64,000 nucleotides of DNA from Synechococcus sp. (GTDB lineage Bacteria > Cyanobacteriota > Cyanobacteriia > Thermostichales > PCC-7336), in the NCBI GenBank assembly GCA_051439605.1, contig JBFRWN010000015.1, positions 21,378-85,377 of the forward strand, read 5' to 3'. The first letter of the stretch is position 1; the number at the start of each line of letters is the position of its first letter. This document shows positions 1 to 10,824 of the stretch, piece after piece. The position numbers were made by a program, and so were the translations under genes. Below the pieces are notes generated by a model that saw only the letters and a list, made by a program, of their open reading frames with translations, made no database searches and had not been told where the DNA came from.

Positions 1-120
1 GCTGGTGCGTCCCTATTCCTAAAGTCGATACCTTATGCCCCTCTGCTGATTTTTCAGATGCGGAGAGATGAGTCAGCTAGATACTCAGCCCATTTTATCC
101 CCTTCTTAAAGGTCGCCATT

Positions 121-1269
121 ATGCCCGACGATGACTTGAAAGAGATTCAAATTCGTCCTGTTCGCTATGGTGACTTGGAGGCGATTGAGGCACTGTTTGA
201 AGAGGCTTTCGCCGATGAATACGGCAGCCGGTCGGTGGATATATCCGCCCAAATTCGTCGCATCCGCCGTTGGTTCGCTCCCCTCAAAGTCCTCAGCTTT
301 TTCCCCAACCGCTTTCAGCACACGTTTACGGTTCACGTAGCCGAGCGGGATGGCGAAATTCTAGGCATGGTTCAAGTTTCCCCTTTTAACCAAAACCGTA
401 CTACCTGGCGCATTGACCACGTAGCGGTATCCAACAAGGCTCAGCGCCAAGGCATCGGCTCGAAATTAATTCGCCATTGTGCCCAGCATTTCCGCGAAGC
501 TCGTACCTGGATGTTGGAAGTCAACATCCATAACAAGGGGGCCATGGCACTGTACCGGCGCAATGGGTTTCAACAACTTGCTCAGCTTACCTACTGGTCT
601 ATCGACCCTTCCATTCTCGTCGAACTGGCCAAAGAAGATATCTCTCCCCTAAACCTGAAGCCGGTGAGCAATGGGGATGCCTATTTGATCTATCAGTTAG
701 ATACGGCGTCGATGCCTCCGCAAGTTCGGCAAATCTACGATCGCGCGGCTAGCGATTTCCAACGCAGCCTTTTCGAGACATCCATCGATACCCTCAAGCA
801 GTCAGTTAGCAATACGGAACGGGTGAGAGCCTACGTATACGAGCCCGATCGCAAATGTGCCATTGGTTATTTCAATCTCAAGCTGTCTCGCACCGGCAAT
901 CAGCCTCATGTGGCTCAGCTGATGGTTCATCCAGCTTACACTTGGCTGTACCCCGAGCTTGTCAGCAAGATGGCCAAACTAGCTCAGGAATGTCCCCCTC
1001 AATCGCTATATGTCACTTCAGCGGACTATCAGCCAGAGCGGGAAGAGTTCTTGATGAAGATAGGAGCGACGGATATGGAGCGCACTCTGCTCATGTCCCG
1101 TTCCGTATTTCATAAAGTGAGGGAGTCGCGCTTGAGCTTAGAAAGCTTGCAGCAGCTGAATAGTGTCATTCGCAGTTTGCAGGTGAAACAGCCCTTGCCC
1201 GAGCGCATCGATCGCATGATGCAAGAAATGCAGGATAAAACTCCTCCCGATTCTCAACAGCAGTCTTAA
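121..1269 (+). CDS. GNAT family N-acetyltransferase (two GNAT-like domains)
   Basis: Acetyl-CoA motif QRQGIGSKL and LEVNIHNKGAMALYRRNGF; start placed at MPDDD (ORF is open from 58). Confidence 0.85.
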   Translation: MPDDDLKEIQIRPVRYGDLEAIEALFEEAFADEYGSRSVDISAQIRRIRRWFAPLKVLSFFPNRFQHTFTVHVAERDGEILGMVQVSPFNQNRTTWRIDHVAVSNKAQRQGIGSKLIRHCAQHFREARTWMLEVNIHNKGAMALYRRNGFQQLAQLTYWSIDPSILVELAKEDISPLNLKPVSNGDAYLIYQLDTASMPPQVRQIYDRAASDFQRSLFETSIDTLKQSVSNTERVRAYVYEPDRKCAIGYFNLKLSRTGNQPHVAQLMVHPAYTWLYPELVSKMAKLAQECPPQSLYVTSADYQPEREEFLMKIGATDMERTLLMSRSVFHKVRESRLSLESLQQLNSVIRSLQVKQPLPERIDRMMQEMQDKTPPDSQQQS

Positions 1270-1537
1270 GAGTTGTGACTTGGGTGGATAATTTTTGGGG
1301 TGCATCGCATATGCCCCCTCTTCATGCCAAACTCGATGGAAGGGCGATTGTTAAAGCGCTGAGAGCATTTATAACGCCATATACTCAACCTAAATCTTCG
1401 GCAAAGCCGGAGCCGTTTGAGCGAAGATCGCCTTAAAATCGAGAAGCCATTCAGATCGGGTGGATCGGCATCGCTATTTGCGATTACGAGCAAATCCCGT
1501 TACTCACCGCATTTTGATAATTGGAGTTCAGAATCCA

Positions 1538-2188
1538 ATGGTTGCAACCACCGTTACTGCCCGCGAATTCTTTAAAGAAGCATACGAAAACCGTTACACC
1601 TGGGATTCCAACTTCCCCGGTTTCACCGCCCAAATGACCTTGGAGATGGAGGGCAAACAGTTCACCGGTGGCGCCCGCGTTAACGCCGACCTCACCTTCG
1701 ACGTCTCTGGGTTTGCAGACACTGCAGCCGAGAAAATGGCCCAAGGGCAACTGTGGGAGATGACCATCCACCGCGTCAACCACAGCTTTGAAAAGAGCCA
1801 CGGGGAAAACACCTTTGAATTTGGTGAAACCGACGAGTCTGGTGCCGTAGAGATTCTGGTGGGCGGCAAAGCTCACGGCAACCTCTATAAAGTTCGCGAT
1901 CGCACCGTTTGTCTTGTATACCGAAAAATTCGCGACGTCATCGTGACCATCAACACCCATAAGGTTATGGATACTGGGGCTGGCTACCTAGCCACCCACT
2001 ACGACTCCATCTACGTCGATGCCGAAACAAAAGAAGTCACAGGGGATAGCAAAACCTTTGAAGACACCTTCGAAGATATCGGCGGCTACTACATCCTTAC
2101 CCGTCGGACGATTACATCTGGAACGGGCAATGACAAAGCAGTGACCGATCTGAAGTTATCTGACGTGCAGTTATTGACCAATGGGTAA
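1538..2188 (+). CDS. DUF3386 family protein
   Basis: AREFFKEAYENRYTWDSNFPGF N-terminus typical of cyanobacterial DUF3386. Confidence 0.8.
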   Translation: MVATTVTAREFFKEAYENRYTWDSNFPGFTAQMTLEMEGKQFTGGARVNADLTFDVSGFADTAAEKMAQGQLWEMTIHRVNHSFEKSHGENTFEFGETDESGAVEILVGGKAHGNLYKVRDRTVCLVYRKIRDVIVTINTHKVMDTGAGYLATHYDSIYVDAETKEVTGDSKTFEDTFEDIGGYYILTRRTITSGTGNDKAVTDLKLSDVQLLTNG

Positions 2189-2545
2189 TAGATTGCGGAG
2201 AAACGCTCCTCCTCCTAGAAGTTGACAGGGTTGGCAGCCAAAATGAATGCGCTATCTTTGAGAAGTAGGTGTTCAGCAGCGCGCAGACTTGTTCGCTTCG
2301 TTCTGTTGCGTCGATACTGTGGTCTCAGATTATACTGCTAGATGGATAATGTTGATTGGTGTGTTATTGCGGCGAGCGTGATTCAGCCTAAGACCTTATC
2401 TGAAAAGCATCGTATGCAGCTTTGCACCTCTAGATTCAGAGTGTAGCGATCTTCTCATCGAGGTTTTCTTAGAGAACTTCGAATCGTGAAGTTAGCGGGC
2501 AGAGTTAGTCATCTAGGTGTTTTTCACCCTCACCCTCCCACGAAG

Positions 2546-3322
2546 ATGTCTCATTCTCCTCAGCCCGATCGTTCTGATTTTGCAAATGCCCATCGTTCGC
2601 ATCAGGCATATTTAGAAGATATGGATTATTACGACGAACGCCCAGGTTGGGGCAGTGGTCTGTTTCCCTGGATAGCAGGGCTGGGTATCTGCTTGGCATC
2701 TGCTGGGGTAGGTGTGGCGTTTAGCTGGATGATGTCTCCCACTCAGACTGCAAGCAATCGCGACAATGAGACGCTGCAGGCTAATACCGCTGGTAGCAAT
2801 TCCACAGTTGGCGAACCTGAAGAGAGCGATCCCCTGGGAATTCCCCTAGAAGAGTTGGCGCTAATTCCAGTAGACCCTCTGGCTAACAGCCAAGTACGCC
2901 CCTCACGCTTGCCTGGGTCTGTGTCTGAGCCTTCTAATTGGGCGGCAAATCCTGCTTTTCGGCGCAGGAACGATTCTTTAGAAGAGGGGGATGATGCTCA
3001 ACAGAATCAAGAATCCGAACGCTCATCCAATGAGATCGTCGAAACCGAGCAGGTGGAAACCCGCAATGTAGGAGCGACTACCACCAGCAATCCACGTTTG
3101 GATTTGGGACCTGACTTAGGGGAAGGTACCTTTCTGGTTTTGATGACCTATCAAGGAGACAACAGCTTATCTGAGGCTAGAGAACATTCTCAAGGGGCCT
3201 TCATCAAACAGTTAGAAGGTGAAACCTACGTCCAACTGGCTGCGTTCGATCAGCTAGAGTACGCCCGACACATGGCCGATCGGCTTCGCAGACAAGGGGT
3301 ATCGGTGTTGATTCTGCAATAA
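2546..3322 (+). CDS. Membrane-anchored protein with C-terminal SPOR-like domain
   Basis: Single TM helix (WIAGLGICLASAGVGVAFSW), low-complexity linker, C-terminal YVQLAAFDQLEYARHMADRLRRQG. Confidence 0.6.
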   Translation: MSHSPQPDRSDFANAHRSHQAYLEDMDYYDERPGWGSGLFPWIAGLGICLASAGVGVAFSWMMSPTQTASNRDNETLQANTAGSNSTVGEPEESDPLGIPLEELALIPVDPLANSQVRPSRLPGSVSEPSNWAANPAFRRRNDSLEEGDDAQQNQESERSSNEIVETEQVETRNVGATTTSNPRLDLGPDLGEGTFLVLMTYQGDNSLSEAREHSQGAFIKQLEGETYVQLAAFDQLEYARHMADRLRRQGVSVLILQ

Positions 3323-3359
3323 ATCCCCAGGCCATTCAATGTGGGGTCGTTCAGCGCAT

Positions 3360-5441
3360 CTACTTCACCATCAGTACAACGCTCGATCGGCTCCCCACTC
3401 TGTAACGATAGCCAGCAACTTCATCAGCAGCATCCAACTGACAAAATGAATCGGACAGCGGCAGTTCAGTGTCAATCACTCGATACCATCGCTCCCCCTT
3501 ACCCAATACTGGCAGCTCAAAATCTAGGGGTTCCCAATAGGCGTTGAGCATGACATGTAGGTATTCTCCAGCGTCGGGATGGCGTAATGAGAAGGCCAAA
3601 CTGTGGGAATGTTCCCCCCAATCGGGTTGGCATAAATTTACCCCATGCCAACTGATGTGGGGACGGTGGCTGCCGTAGGACACCTCTAATCTTTTTTCTT
3701 GGCTAAACAGTTCGAGCTTTTGCGTAAAGTCGATCAGTCGCCGCACAAAGCACCACAGATCAAATTCGCGATCGACGGCATCCCAATCAAACCAACTAAG
3801 ATCGTTGTTTTGACAGTAGGCGTTGTTGTTGCCCCGCTGAGTGCGGCGGACTTCATCTCCCATCAACACCATGGGGGTTCCCTGGCAGAAAAACTGAATG
3901 GTGAGCAAATTCTTGATTTGCCTCAGTCGGAGGGACTGGACATCGAGATCGTCTGTCTCCCCTTCTATACCGCAGTTCCAACTGAAGTTTTGGTTGGTGC
4001 CGTCTTGATTGTCTTCACCATTATCGTGGTTGTGCTTTTGGTTGTAGGCCACTAAGTCATTGAGAGTAAAACCATCGTGGCAGGTGATAAAATTGATACT
4101 TCGATTAATGTCAGTATCATCTTGGGGATAGATATCGGGACTGCCCAAAATGCGATTGGAAAGCCGCTTTACCACCCCGTTGTCTCCGCGCACAAATTGG
4201 CGCAGGTCATCCCTAAACGGTCCGTTCCATTCGGTATACCAGTCTGCAAATTCGACAAATTGCCCCACGCTATAGAGACCGGCTGCATCCCAAGCTTCGG
4301 CAATCAGTTTGGTTCCCGCCAGCACAGGATCCGACTCGATCGCCCACAAAATGGTGCTGGTGCCGACGTCTTCGGTCAGGGGTTCGCCATGAATGTTGCG
4401 CGCTAGGGCAGATGCAAGGTCAAACCGGAAGCCGTCTACGTGCATCTCCGAGACCCAGTAGCGCAGACTATCCAAAATCAGGCGGCCAACAATGGGATGG
4501 TTGCCTTTGATAGTATTACCGCAGCCGCTGTAGTCACTGTAGTTGTTGGGTTCCTCCGGGTCGAGGATGTAGTAAGTCTCGTTGGCGAGTCCCCGAAATG
4601 ACAGGGTTGGACCCCGCTGATCTCCCTCGGCGGTGTGGTTAAACACAACATCCAAGATGACTTCGATACCCGCCCGGTGCAGTGCCTTGACCATGTCCCG
4701 AAATTCGTTGACGGGACCGAGGGGACTGCGATCGCTGCTGAATTGGGGATGGGGGGCAAAAAACGCTAGGGTACTGTATCCCCAATAGTTCGTCAGTCCT
4801 GGGCGGGAATCATGGATGTCAAAGGCATGGACGGGCAGTAGTTCGATTGCGGTAATGCCGAGATTCTTTAAGTAGGGAATTTTCTCGATTACTCCTGCAA
4901 AGGTGCCTCGTTTTTGAGGGGGAAGTCCGGAGTTAGGGTGTCGGGTAAACCCTCCAACGTGGAGTTCGTAAATGACGCTGTTGCCGTAGGGAATGCGAGG
5001 ATGCCGGTCGTTCCCCCAATCATAGTCGCCGGAATCGACCACGACACTGCGTAGCGATTGGGTACAGTTGTCTTGGGCGATCGCGCTGGCGATGGTGCGG
5101 TCGTAGCGCTCCGTGCGGGCGATCGCCTTGGCGTAGGGGTCTAGTAGAACTTTGGTGCGATCGAAGCGCTGCCCCCGTTCGGGCCTGTAGGGACCGTGGG
5201 CTCGATAGGCGTATAACTGGCCAGCTTTGAGGTTCGGAACAAAGATATGCCAGTAGTGAAAGGAGCGATTTTGATCCGGCACCAGAGGCAGAAGGTGGGA
5301 AGGTTTGTCAGCTTCAACGGTTTCAAACAGCAGTAACTCGATCGCCGTAGCGTTTTTCGAAAATACAGAAAAGTTGACCCCATCTGGATACACGGTGGCA
5401 CCCAATGGGAAGCTACGGCCCTCTAACGTCTTCAACTGCAT
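3360..5441 (-). CDS. glgX: Glycogen debranching enzyme (isoamylase, GH13)
   Basis: NYWGY, DVVFNHTAEG, DGFRFDLAS, AEAWD and FITCHDGFTL motifs; ORF open to 5501. Confidence 0.95.
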   Translation of the reverse strand: MQLKTLEGRSFPLGATVYPDGVNFSVFSKNATAIELLLFETVEADKPSHLLPLVPDQNRSFHYWHIFVPNLKAGQLYAYRAHGPYRPERGQRFDRTKVLLDPYAKAIARTERYDRTIASAIAQDNCTQSLRSVVVDSGDYDWGNDRHPRIPYGNSVIYELHVGGFTRHPNSGLPPQKRGTFAGVIEKIPYLKNLGITAIELLPVHAFDIHDSRPGLTNYWGYSTLAFFAPHPQFSSDRSPLGPVNEFRDMVKALHRAGIEVILDVVFNHTAEGDQRGPTLSFRGLANETYYILDPEEPNNYSDYSGCGNTIKGNHPIVGRLILDSLRYWVSEMHVDGFRFDLASALARNIHGEPLTEDVGTSTILWAIESDPVLAGTKLIAEAWDAAGLYSVGQFVEFADWYTEWNGPFRDDLRQFVRGDNGVVKRLSNRILGSPDIYPQDDTDINRSINFITCHDGFTLNDLVAYNQKHNHDNGEDNQDGTNQNFSWNCGIEGETDDLDVQSLRLRQIKNLLTIQFFCQGTPMVLMGDEVRRTQRGNNNAYCQNNDLSWFDWDAVDREFDLWCFVRRLIDFTQKLELFSQEKRLEVSYGSHRPHISWHGVNLCQPDWGEHSHSLAFSLRHPDAGEYLHVMLNAYWEPLDFELPVLGKGERWYRVIDTELPLSDSFCQLDAADEVAGYRYRVGSRSSVVLMVK

Positions 5442-5716
5442 AAGGTGCGTCGATCCTGGTAGCTTGCCAGCTTTTTCAGGCAATTCACTAAAAGCATACA
5501 AACACCCTAGCCAATCGGCTTGGAGTTGGGGGTATTGTTTGCTATTGGCCGATGTTTTTTGTGGCTACCTTCCCCTGCGTCCCCATTGCCGTACATCTTC
5601 TGCCGCAGCCTTTAATGACAATCGAAACTATCTTCGAAGTAGAGTTTAAACCTCTTGCAAAAGTCCTAGGTGCTATATTTTGAGGGCCTTGCCCAGAGGA
5701 ATTAGGTGGTAGAAAG

Positions 5717-7372
5717 TTACTTCCCTCCCCCCGATCGCACAATCGAAATTAACAGCCAAACCCCCAACACACTAGCTGCCAAAAATAACCCATTCCCCAC
5801 CCAATACAACTGACTGCTGGAATCCGGCGTCGCGATCGTAGCCGCGCCAATAATCAAAGCACCGACCACAATGCTGAACGATAACCGATTTGCCGAAGTT
5901 TCAAAACTGTGCCGCAACCCATCTACCTGTTGCAGGTTTAGATTCCACTGCAACGTCTCCGATGTCAGCCGCTCCAACAACACCTCCACCTGACGAGGAG
6001 ACTGAATCGCCAGCGACTTGAAATCTAACAGCATCCTTAATGCCGTCGGGAGAGGCCGATCGCCAATTAACCTCGTTTGCAACAGGTCCGTTGAAAGCGG
6101 CTCAATCTCGGTTACAAGGTCAAAATCGGGATTGATTTCCCGTGCCACCCCCTCTAAATTGGCGATCGCCTTTGCGCACAATCCCATATTCCCCGGCACC
6201 CGAATCCTGTTGTTTCGGGCCGTCTCCAAAACCTCGTAAAACAACTCACCAAAATTAATGCGGGATAAGCTCACGCCCGCATACCGCCGCAATAGCCGAT
6301 CGAAGTCATTCTGCAATTTCACCAACCGCACCGGATCTTCTGGTGGAGAAAGCCGTAATACTAACTGGGCACAGCGTTGCGGGTCGAGGGTGGCGATCGC
6401 CAGCAGCAGTTCGATTAAAATCTCCTGCGTCTTCGGATCCAAATTCCCTGCCATGCCGCAATCCAGCAATGCTAGCCGCCCCTCTCCCAAATACAGAAGG
6501 TTCCCCGGATGGGGGTCGGCGTGGAAAAAACCGTCTACACAAATTTGCTGAAAGAAAGCTTGCAGAAGTAGGCGGGCGATTGCCTGACGCTCCAGCTGCT
6601 CATCTCCCCCATAGGCTTCCCCCGAAATCGCCGCCTTCAAAATCGGAGTGCCATCAATCCAGTCCAGCACCAAGACCTTCTCCGTAGTGACTGCATCAAT
6701 CACCTCTGGAATTACAACTTGATTCGGTTTAAACCACCGACTAGACAACAAAGCCCCCCGAAATTGATTTGTATTCTTCGCCTCGCGGGAAAAATTCAGC
6801 TCCGCCATCAGCGATTGAGTAAACTCCTTCGCCAATCCCACAATGTCGTAGGTTTGCCCGAACTCCGTTGTAGAAGCCAGCCGCGCTATCAACATGATTA
6901 GGTCCACATCCCGCTGCACCAGCAGTTCCAAACCAGGACGCCGCACCTTCACCGCCACGTTGCGCCCATCCGGCAACGTGGCCCTATGTACCTGGCCAAT
7001 TGAGCCAGCCGCGATTGGAATCGGATCGAACTGTTCGAAGACTTCGCTGAGGGGGCGATCTCCATATTCAACCCTTAGCAAAGCCTCAACTTCTGCCCAA
7101 GGGGAGGGTGGTACGTTTGTTTGCAAATCCGAGAGGGCCTCAATATAACTAGCAGGCAACAAATCCGGGCGAGTGCTCAGCAGTTGCCCTAACTTGACGT
7201 AAACCGGACCCAACTCCACCAAAATATTGCGCAACACTGCCGGAGGAGGTAACACCGGCTCCCCTGCCCTCCCCCCTGTCAAAAGCTGGCGCATATAGCT
7301 CCAGCCATTCCGCAAAACAACTTCAACAATTTCCCCCTGACGGGAGGTGGTGTTAGCAAAACGTGACAGCAC
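5717..7372 (-). CDS. ABC1/AarF/UbiB family atypical kinase
   Basis: LGPVYVKLGQLLSTRPDL, AAGSIGQVH, VAVKV, FFHADPHPGN, LLDCG; two C-terminal TM helices. Confidence 0.93.
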   Translation of the reverse strand: MLSRFANTTSRQGEIVEVVLRNGWSYMRQLLTGGRAGEPVLPPPAVLRNILVELGPVYVKLGQLLSTRPDLLPASYIEALSDLQTNVPPSPWAEVEALLRVEYGDRPLSEVFEQFDPIPIAAGSIGQVHRATLPDGRNVAVKVRRPGLELLVQRDVDLIMLIARLASTTEFGQTYDIVGLAKEFTQSLMAELNFSREAKNTNQFRGALLSSRWFKPNQVVIPEVIDAVTTEKVLVLDWIDGTPILKAAISGEAYGGDEQLERQAIARLLLQAFFQQICVDGFFHADPHPGNLLYLGEGRLALLDCGMAGNLDPKTQEILIELLLAIATLDPQRCAQLVLRLSPPEDPVRLVKLQNDFDRLLRRYAGVSLSRINFGELFYEVLETARNNRIRVPGNMGLCAKAIANLEGVAREINPDFDLVTEIEPLSTDLLQTRLIGDRPLPTALRMLLDFKSLAIQSPRQVEVLLERLTSETLQWNLNLQQVDGLRHSFETSANRLSFSIVVGALIIGAATIATPDSSSQLYWVGNGLFLAASVLGVWLLISIVRSGGGK

Positions 7373-7532
7373 TCCCTGACCTCAATTCATACAACTGTAA
7401 TGTCGCTACCACCCTATCCTCACGAAGCCAAGCCGTCTGTGTCTTTCATTTTCAACCTCAGTAGTTCCAATCTATTCAGCGCTAGCAGTACAGTAGGTGT
7501 CGAGTTCACCAGCAATAGCGGAGAGCAATCGC

Positions 7533-7934
7533 ATGCCCATCCCCAAAAACCGCACCATCATCGAAACTAAAGCAGCACCGGCCCCAGTCGGCCCCTATAA
7601 CCAAGCGATCGCCGCCCAAGGCTCACTCATCTTTACTGCCGGTCAAATTGCCCTCGAGCCCGCCACCGGAGCATTAGTGGGCAACGGAGATGTCGCTGCC
7701 GAAACCGAACAGGTGCTTAAAAACCTAGCCGCTGTTCTAGCCGCTGCAGGCACCTCAATGGGCAACATCGTGAAAACGACGGTCTTTTTAGCGGACATGA
7801 ACGACTTTACTGTTGTCAACGAAGTCTACGGCAAGTTTTTCCCCTCCGACACCGCCCCAGCCCGATCTTGCGTCGAAGTGGCCCGTCTCCCCAAAGACGT
7901 CAAAGTGGAAATTGAAGCGATCGCCCTGCGTTAA
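7533..7934 (+). CDS. ridA: RidA/YjgF family reactive enamine deaminase
   Basis: APAPVGPYNQA, VKTTVFL, PARSCVEVARLPKDVKVEIEAIA. Confidence 0.93.
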   Translation: MPIPKNRTIIETKAAPAPVGPYNQAIAAQGSLIFTAGQIALEPATGALVGNGDVAAETEQVLKNLAAVLAAAGTSMGNIVKTTVFLADMNDFTVVNEVYGKFFPSDTAPARSCVEVARLPKDVKVEIEAIALR

Positions 7935-7993
7935 TCCTTAAGTTCCCCCCAAATGCAAGTTAGCGAATCCCTTTAGCTTTTGAGCCGATCGAC

Positions 7994-8920
7994 CTAAAAT
8001 TCAAGCTTCTCAATCTGAGACTTGACGGAGGCTGCCGAGGCGTTCAACGCCTCCAGTTCTTCGTCAGTCAAGGTGACTTTAATAATCTCCTCGATGCCTC
8101 CAGCCCCAAGCTTCACCGGCACCCCCATACACAATCCGCTCAATCCGTATTCCCCTTCCAGAACCACAGAGGCCGATAAGATACGGTGACGATCGCGCAA
8201 AATCGCATCCACCATCACCGCGACGGAGGCAGAGGGTGCATAATAGGCACTGCCGGTTTTCAGCAAACGACCAATCTCCGCTCCTCCTTGGCGGGTGCGC
8301 TCTACAAGATTAGAAATAGTTTCGGCAGACAACAATTCCGGTAGCGGTACGCCACTTACGGTGGTATAGCGAGCCAAGGGCAACATTAAATCTCCATGTC
8401 CCCCCAACACCATGGCCGATACATCCGCCGCCGAGACGTTCAACTCCATCGCAATAAATGTCGCAAACCGCGCCGCATCTAACACCCCCGCCATCCCCAT
8501 CACCCGCTCGCGGGGCAATTGGGTGCTCTGAAAGACCAGATAGGTCATCACATCCAGAGGATTTGTGACCACGATAAAAATGGCGGTGGGAGCGTGGGCG
8601 ATCGCTTGGGCTGCCACTTTAGTTACAATGCCAGAGTTAATACTGAGCAGGTCATCCCGCGTCATATCGGGGGTGCGAGGACGACCGGCGGTAATGACGA
8701 CAAGCTGGACCCCAGCAATATCGGCATAATCTTGGGTACCGATAATTCTGCGATCGTGGCGCTCTACAGCTCTAGCCTCCATCAGGTCTAAAGCCACCCC
8801 TTGAGGCCGCCCCTCAATAATATCCAGCAGAACCACATCGGCTAGATTGTTTTCCACAATCCGTTGAGCGAGGGTGCTTCCCACCGCTCCTGCACCAATA
8901 ATCGCAACTTTCGAATGCAC
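7994..8920 (-). CDS. mdh: Malate dehydrogenase (LDH-like)
   Basis: GAGAVG Rossmann motif, TAGRPRTPDMTRDDLL, GGHGD. Confidence 0.92.
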   Translation of the reverse strand: MHSKVAIIGAGAVGSTLAQRIVENNLADVVLLDIIEGRPQGVALDLMEARAVERHDRRIIGTQDYADIAGVQLVVITAGRPRTPDMTRDDLLSINSGIVTKVAAQAIAHAPTAIFIVVTNPLDVMTYLVFQSTQLPRERVMGMAGVLDAARFATFIAMELNVSAADVSAMVLGGHGDLMLPLARYTTVSGVPLPELLSAETISNLVERTRQGGAEIGRLLKTGSAYYAPSASVAVMVDAILRDRHRILSASVVLEGEYGLSGLCMGVPVKLGAGGIEEIIKVTLTDEELEALNASAASVKSQIEKLEF

Positions 8921-9513
8921 AGCGAACAGCCACCTCTTACTGTGTTGACGACTCAGAAAGGGGTAAGTTTATTCGGGACTTACCCTCTAAATTGATCTTC
9001 ACACAGCCCTCATATCGTTAGAGAAATTGAAAACAATTCGCTACAACTTCTCCGTCCCAACAACCGCATAGAGGACGCATCAGCCGACTGTAGCAATCAG
9101 AAGTTTGAGAAAACAGGATCACTAGCTGCAAAAAAAACATAAAAACTTACTATCACGCCCAAAAAGGCGGTGAAATATTTCTAGAAAAGACTATCCTCAG
9201 TGTTTTGAAAACACATTCACAGACTAAAGCAATCCTACTCAGAAATTATAAGCAACATTAATTGAGCAGATTCGATCGCATCTAGCCCTCTGCTAGCCAA
9301 TACCGTTCTTCGTTAGACTCACTTGGGTGACAATCATACGCATAGGGGAAGTTCCATCAAGTCAGATCGGCCCTTTAACTTGTCATGCAACAATTAGGCG
9401 AGAGATTTCATAGGAAGTTGAAGTTAAATCGTCTCCGCGTAAAGATAGACTACAGTCAAGTAATATAATCATATGTAGCTGTACCGAAACGCCTATGTTT
9501 GGCTATTATCTGC

Positions 9514-10194
9514 ATGACTAATATGAACTCTACAGTCATACGAGTATTGATTCTGGACGAGGAAAATTTCGTCCACAAACTGCTGAAAACATACATGGCC
9601 AACGATCCTGACATTCAACTAGTCAGCAGCTCTAATGGCAACCAATCATCGATCGCTGCAGTAGAGAGCCTTAAGCCTGATGTAGCCATCCTGGATGTTA
9701 AGCTAGAAGATAGCGACCACTTCGAAACCGCCCAAGTTATCACTCAGCGTTTTCCCGAAACCAAAGTACTGTTACTCAGCAGCAATGAGGACTCTGAACA
9801 TGTTAGGCGAGCCATTCAAGCTGGTGCCAAAGGTTATCTTAACCCGGCTTCACCACCCTTAGAGATCATTGATGCCATTCACTACATTCATAAAGGTTTT
9901 TTACAATTAGGACCCGGTTTGTTGGAGCAGGTGCTGCAAAATAATACCCTTCAGTCAAACAATCAGGCAGCCGATCTCACATCCAATAGCCAAACATTAC
10001 AACAATCTTCAAAAAGTGAAATAGAGAATCGAGGCCCATTGAAGCTTGACGTACTTCGTTATGAGCAACAATTCTCTATCCTAATGGCACGCATCAATAA
10101 GCTACAGACAGCCATGTTGGTCCTCTGGTTAACACTTGTAGTAGTCGCCGTTCTGATCGTATTAAATATCTTAAATATTTTTTCTTTTCGGTAA
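9514..10194 (+). CDS. Receiver-domain protein (NarL-like REC) with C-terminal TM helix, no HTH
   Basis: RVLILDEE..PDVAILD..KVLLLS..AGAKGYL; hydrophobic C-terminus MLVLWLTLVVVAVLIVLNIL. Confidence 0.75.
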   Translation: MTNMNSTVIRVLILDEENFVHKLLKTYMANDPDIQLVSSSNGNQSSIAAVESLKPDVAILDVKLEDSDHFETAQVITQRFPETKVLLLSSNEDSEHVRRAIQAGAKGYLNPASPPLEIIDAIHYIHKGFLQLGPGLLEQVLQNNTLQSNNQAADLTSNSQTLQQSSKSEIENRGPLKLDVLRYEQQFSILMARINKLQTAMLVLWLTLVVVAVLIVLNILNIFSFR

Positions 10195-10614
10195 ATTCTT
10201 TGTCGCGCAAATCGGCCTAGCCAATAATAATATAGTTAAGGTTTCATCCATATGTACGATCCTAAACGATTGGCTATGCGGATCTTATGCATAGGCATTG
10301 CCAGCTTAATTATTACTGATGATGGTAAGTGTGCAGCATGTTTTCGTTCCTCAGCTTGGGCAGGCAAATGAAAAAGCTGCAAGACTATATCAAGAATCGA
10401 TACTGAGACTTGCACTAAAGCTTTCTCATCACATCCGTAATATCTGAATCCATCGCTTAACTGAATTCCTAGCAATCGGAATGTAGATCGCTAGCCGTAA
10501 TCAACACAAAAGGCATCAATGCAGATATCAATCTAGATATCGGACTATCAATATAACCGTCGGATTGTTACTATTTTAAGTGTCACACTATATTAGCCAT
10601 CTTTGGAGTAGTAG

Positions 10615-10824
10615 GTGAATCAAATGGAAGAACTTAGACAAATCGATAGCGAACTTGTGCAGCTTAATGCCAGACGGCGGGAACTGGAGCAAAAAAGGCA
10701 AAAAGCCGTAGATCAGACAATTGAAAATCTTTTATCAGAACTTGAGTCATTGGGCATCAATCGAAGCTATATCTCTAACTACATCAACAACTCAGTTGAT
10801 GCGAATGAGGTGCAGTCATCATAG
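10615..10824 (+). CDS. Small coiled-coil hypothetical protein
   Basis: GGAG RBS upstream; heptad-like charged helix; alternative ATG at 10624. Confidence 0.55.
   Translation: MNQMEELRQIDSELVQLNARRRELEQKRQKAVDQTIENLLSELESLGINRSYISNYINNSVDANEVQSS

Noticed and set aside
8946..8990. Hairpin GGGTAAGT/ACTTACCC upstream of mdh as a riboswitch
   Set aside because: Simple stem with no aptamer consensus I can recognise
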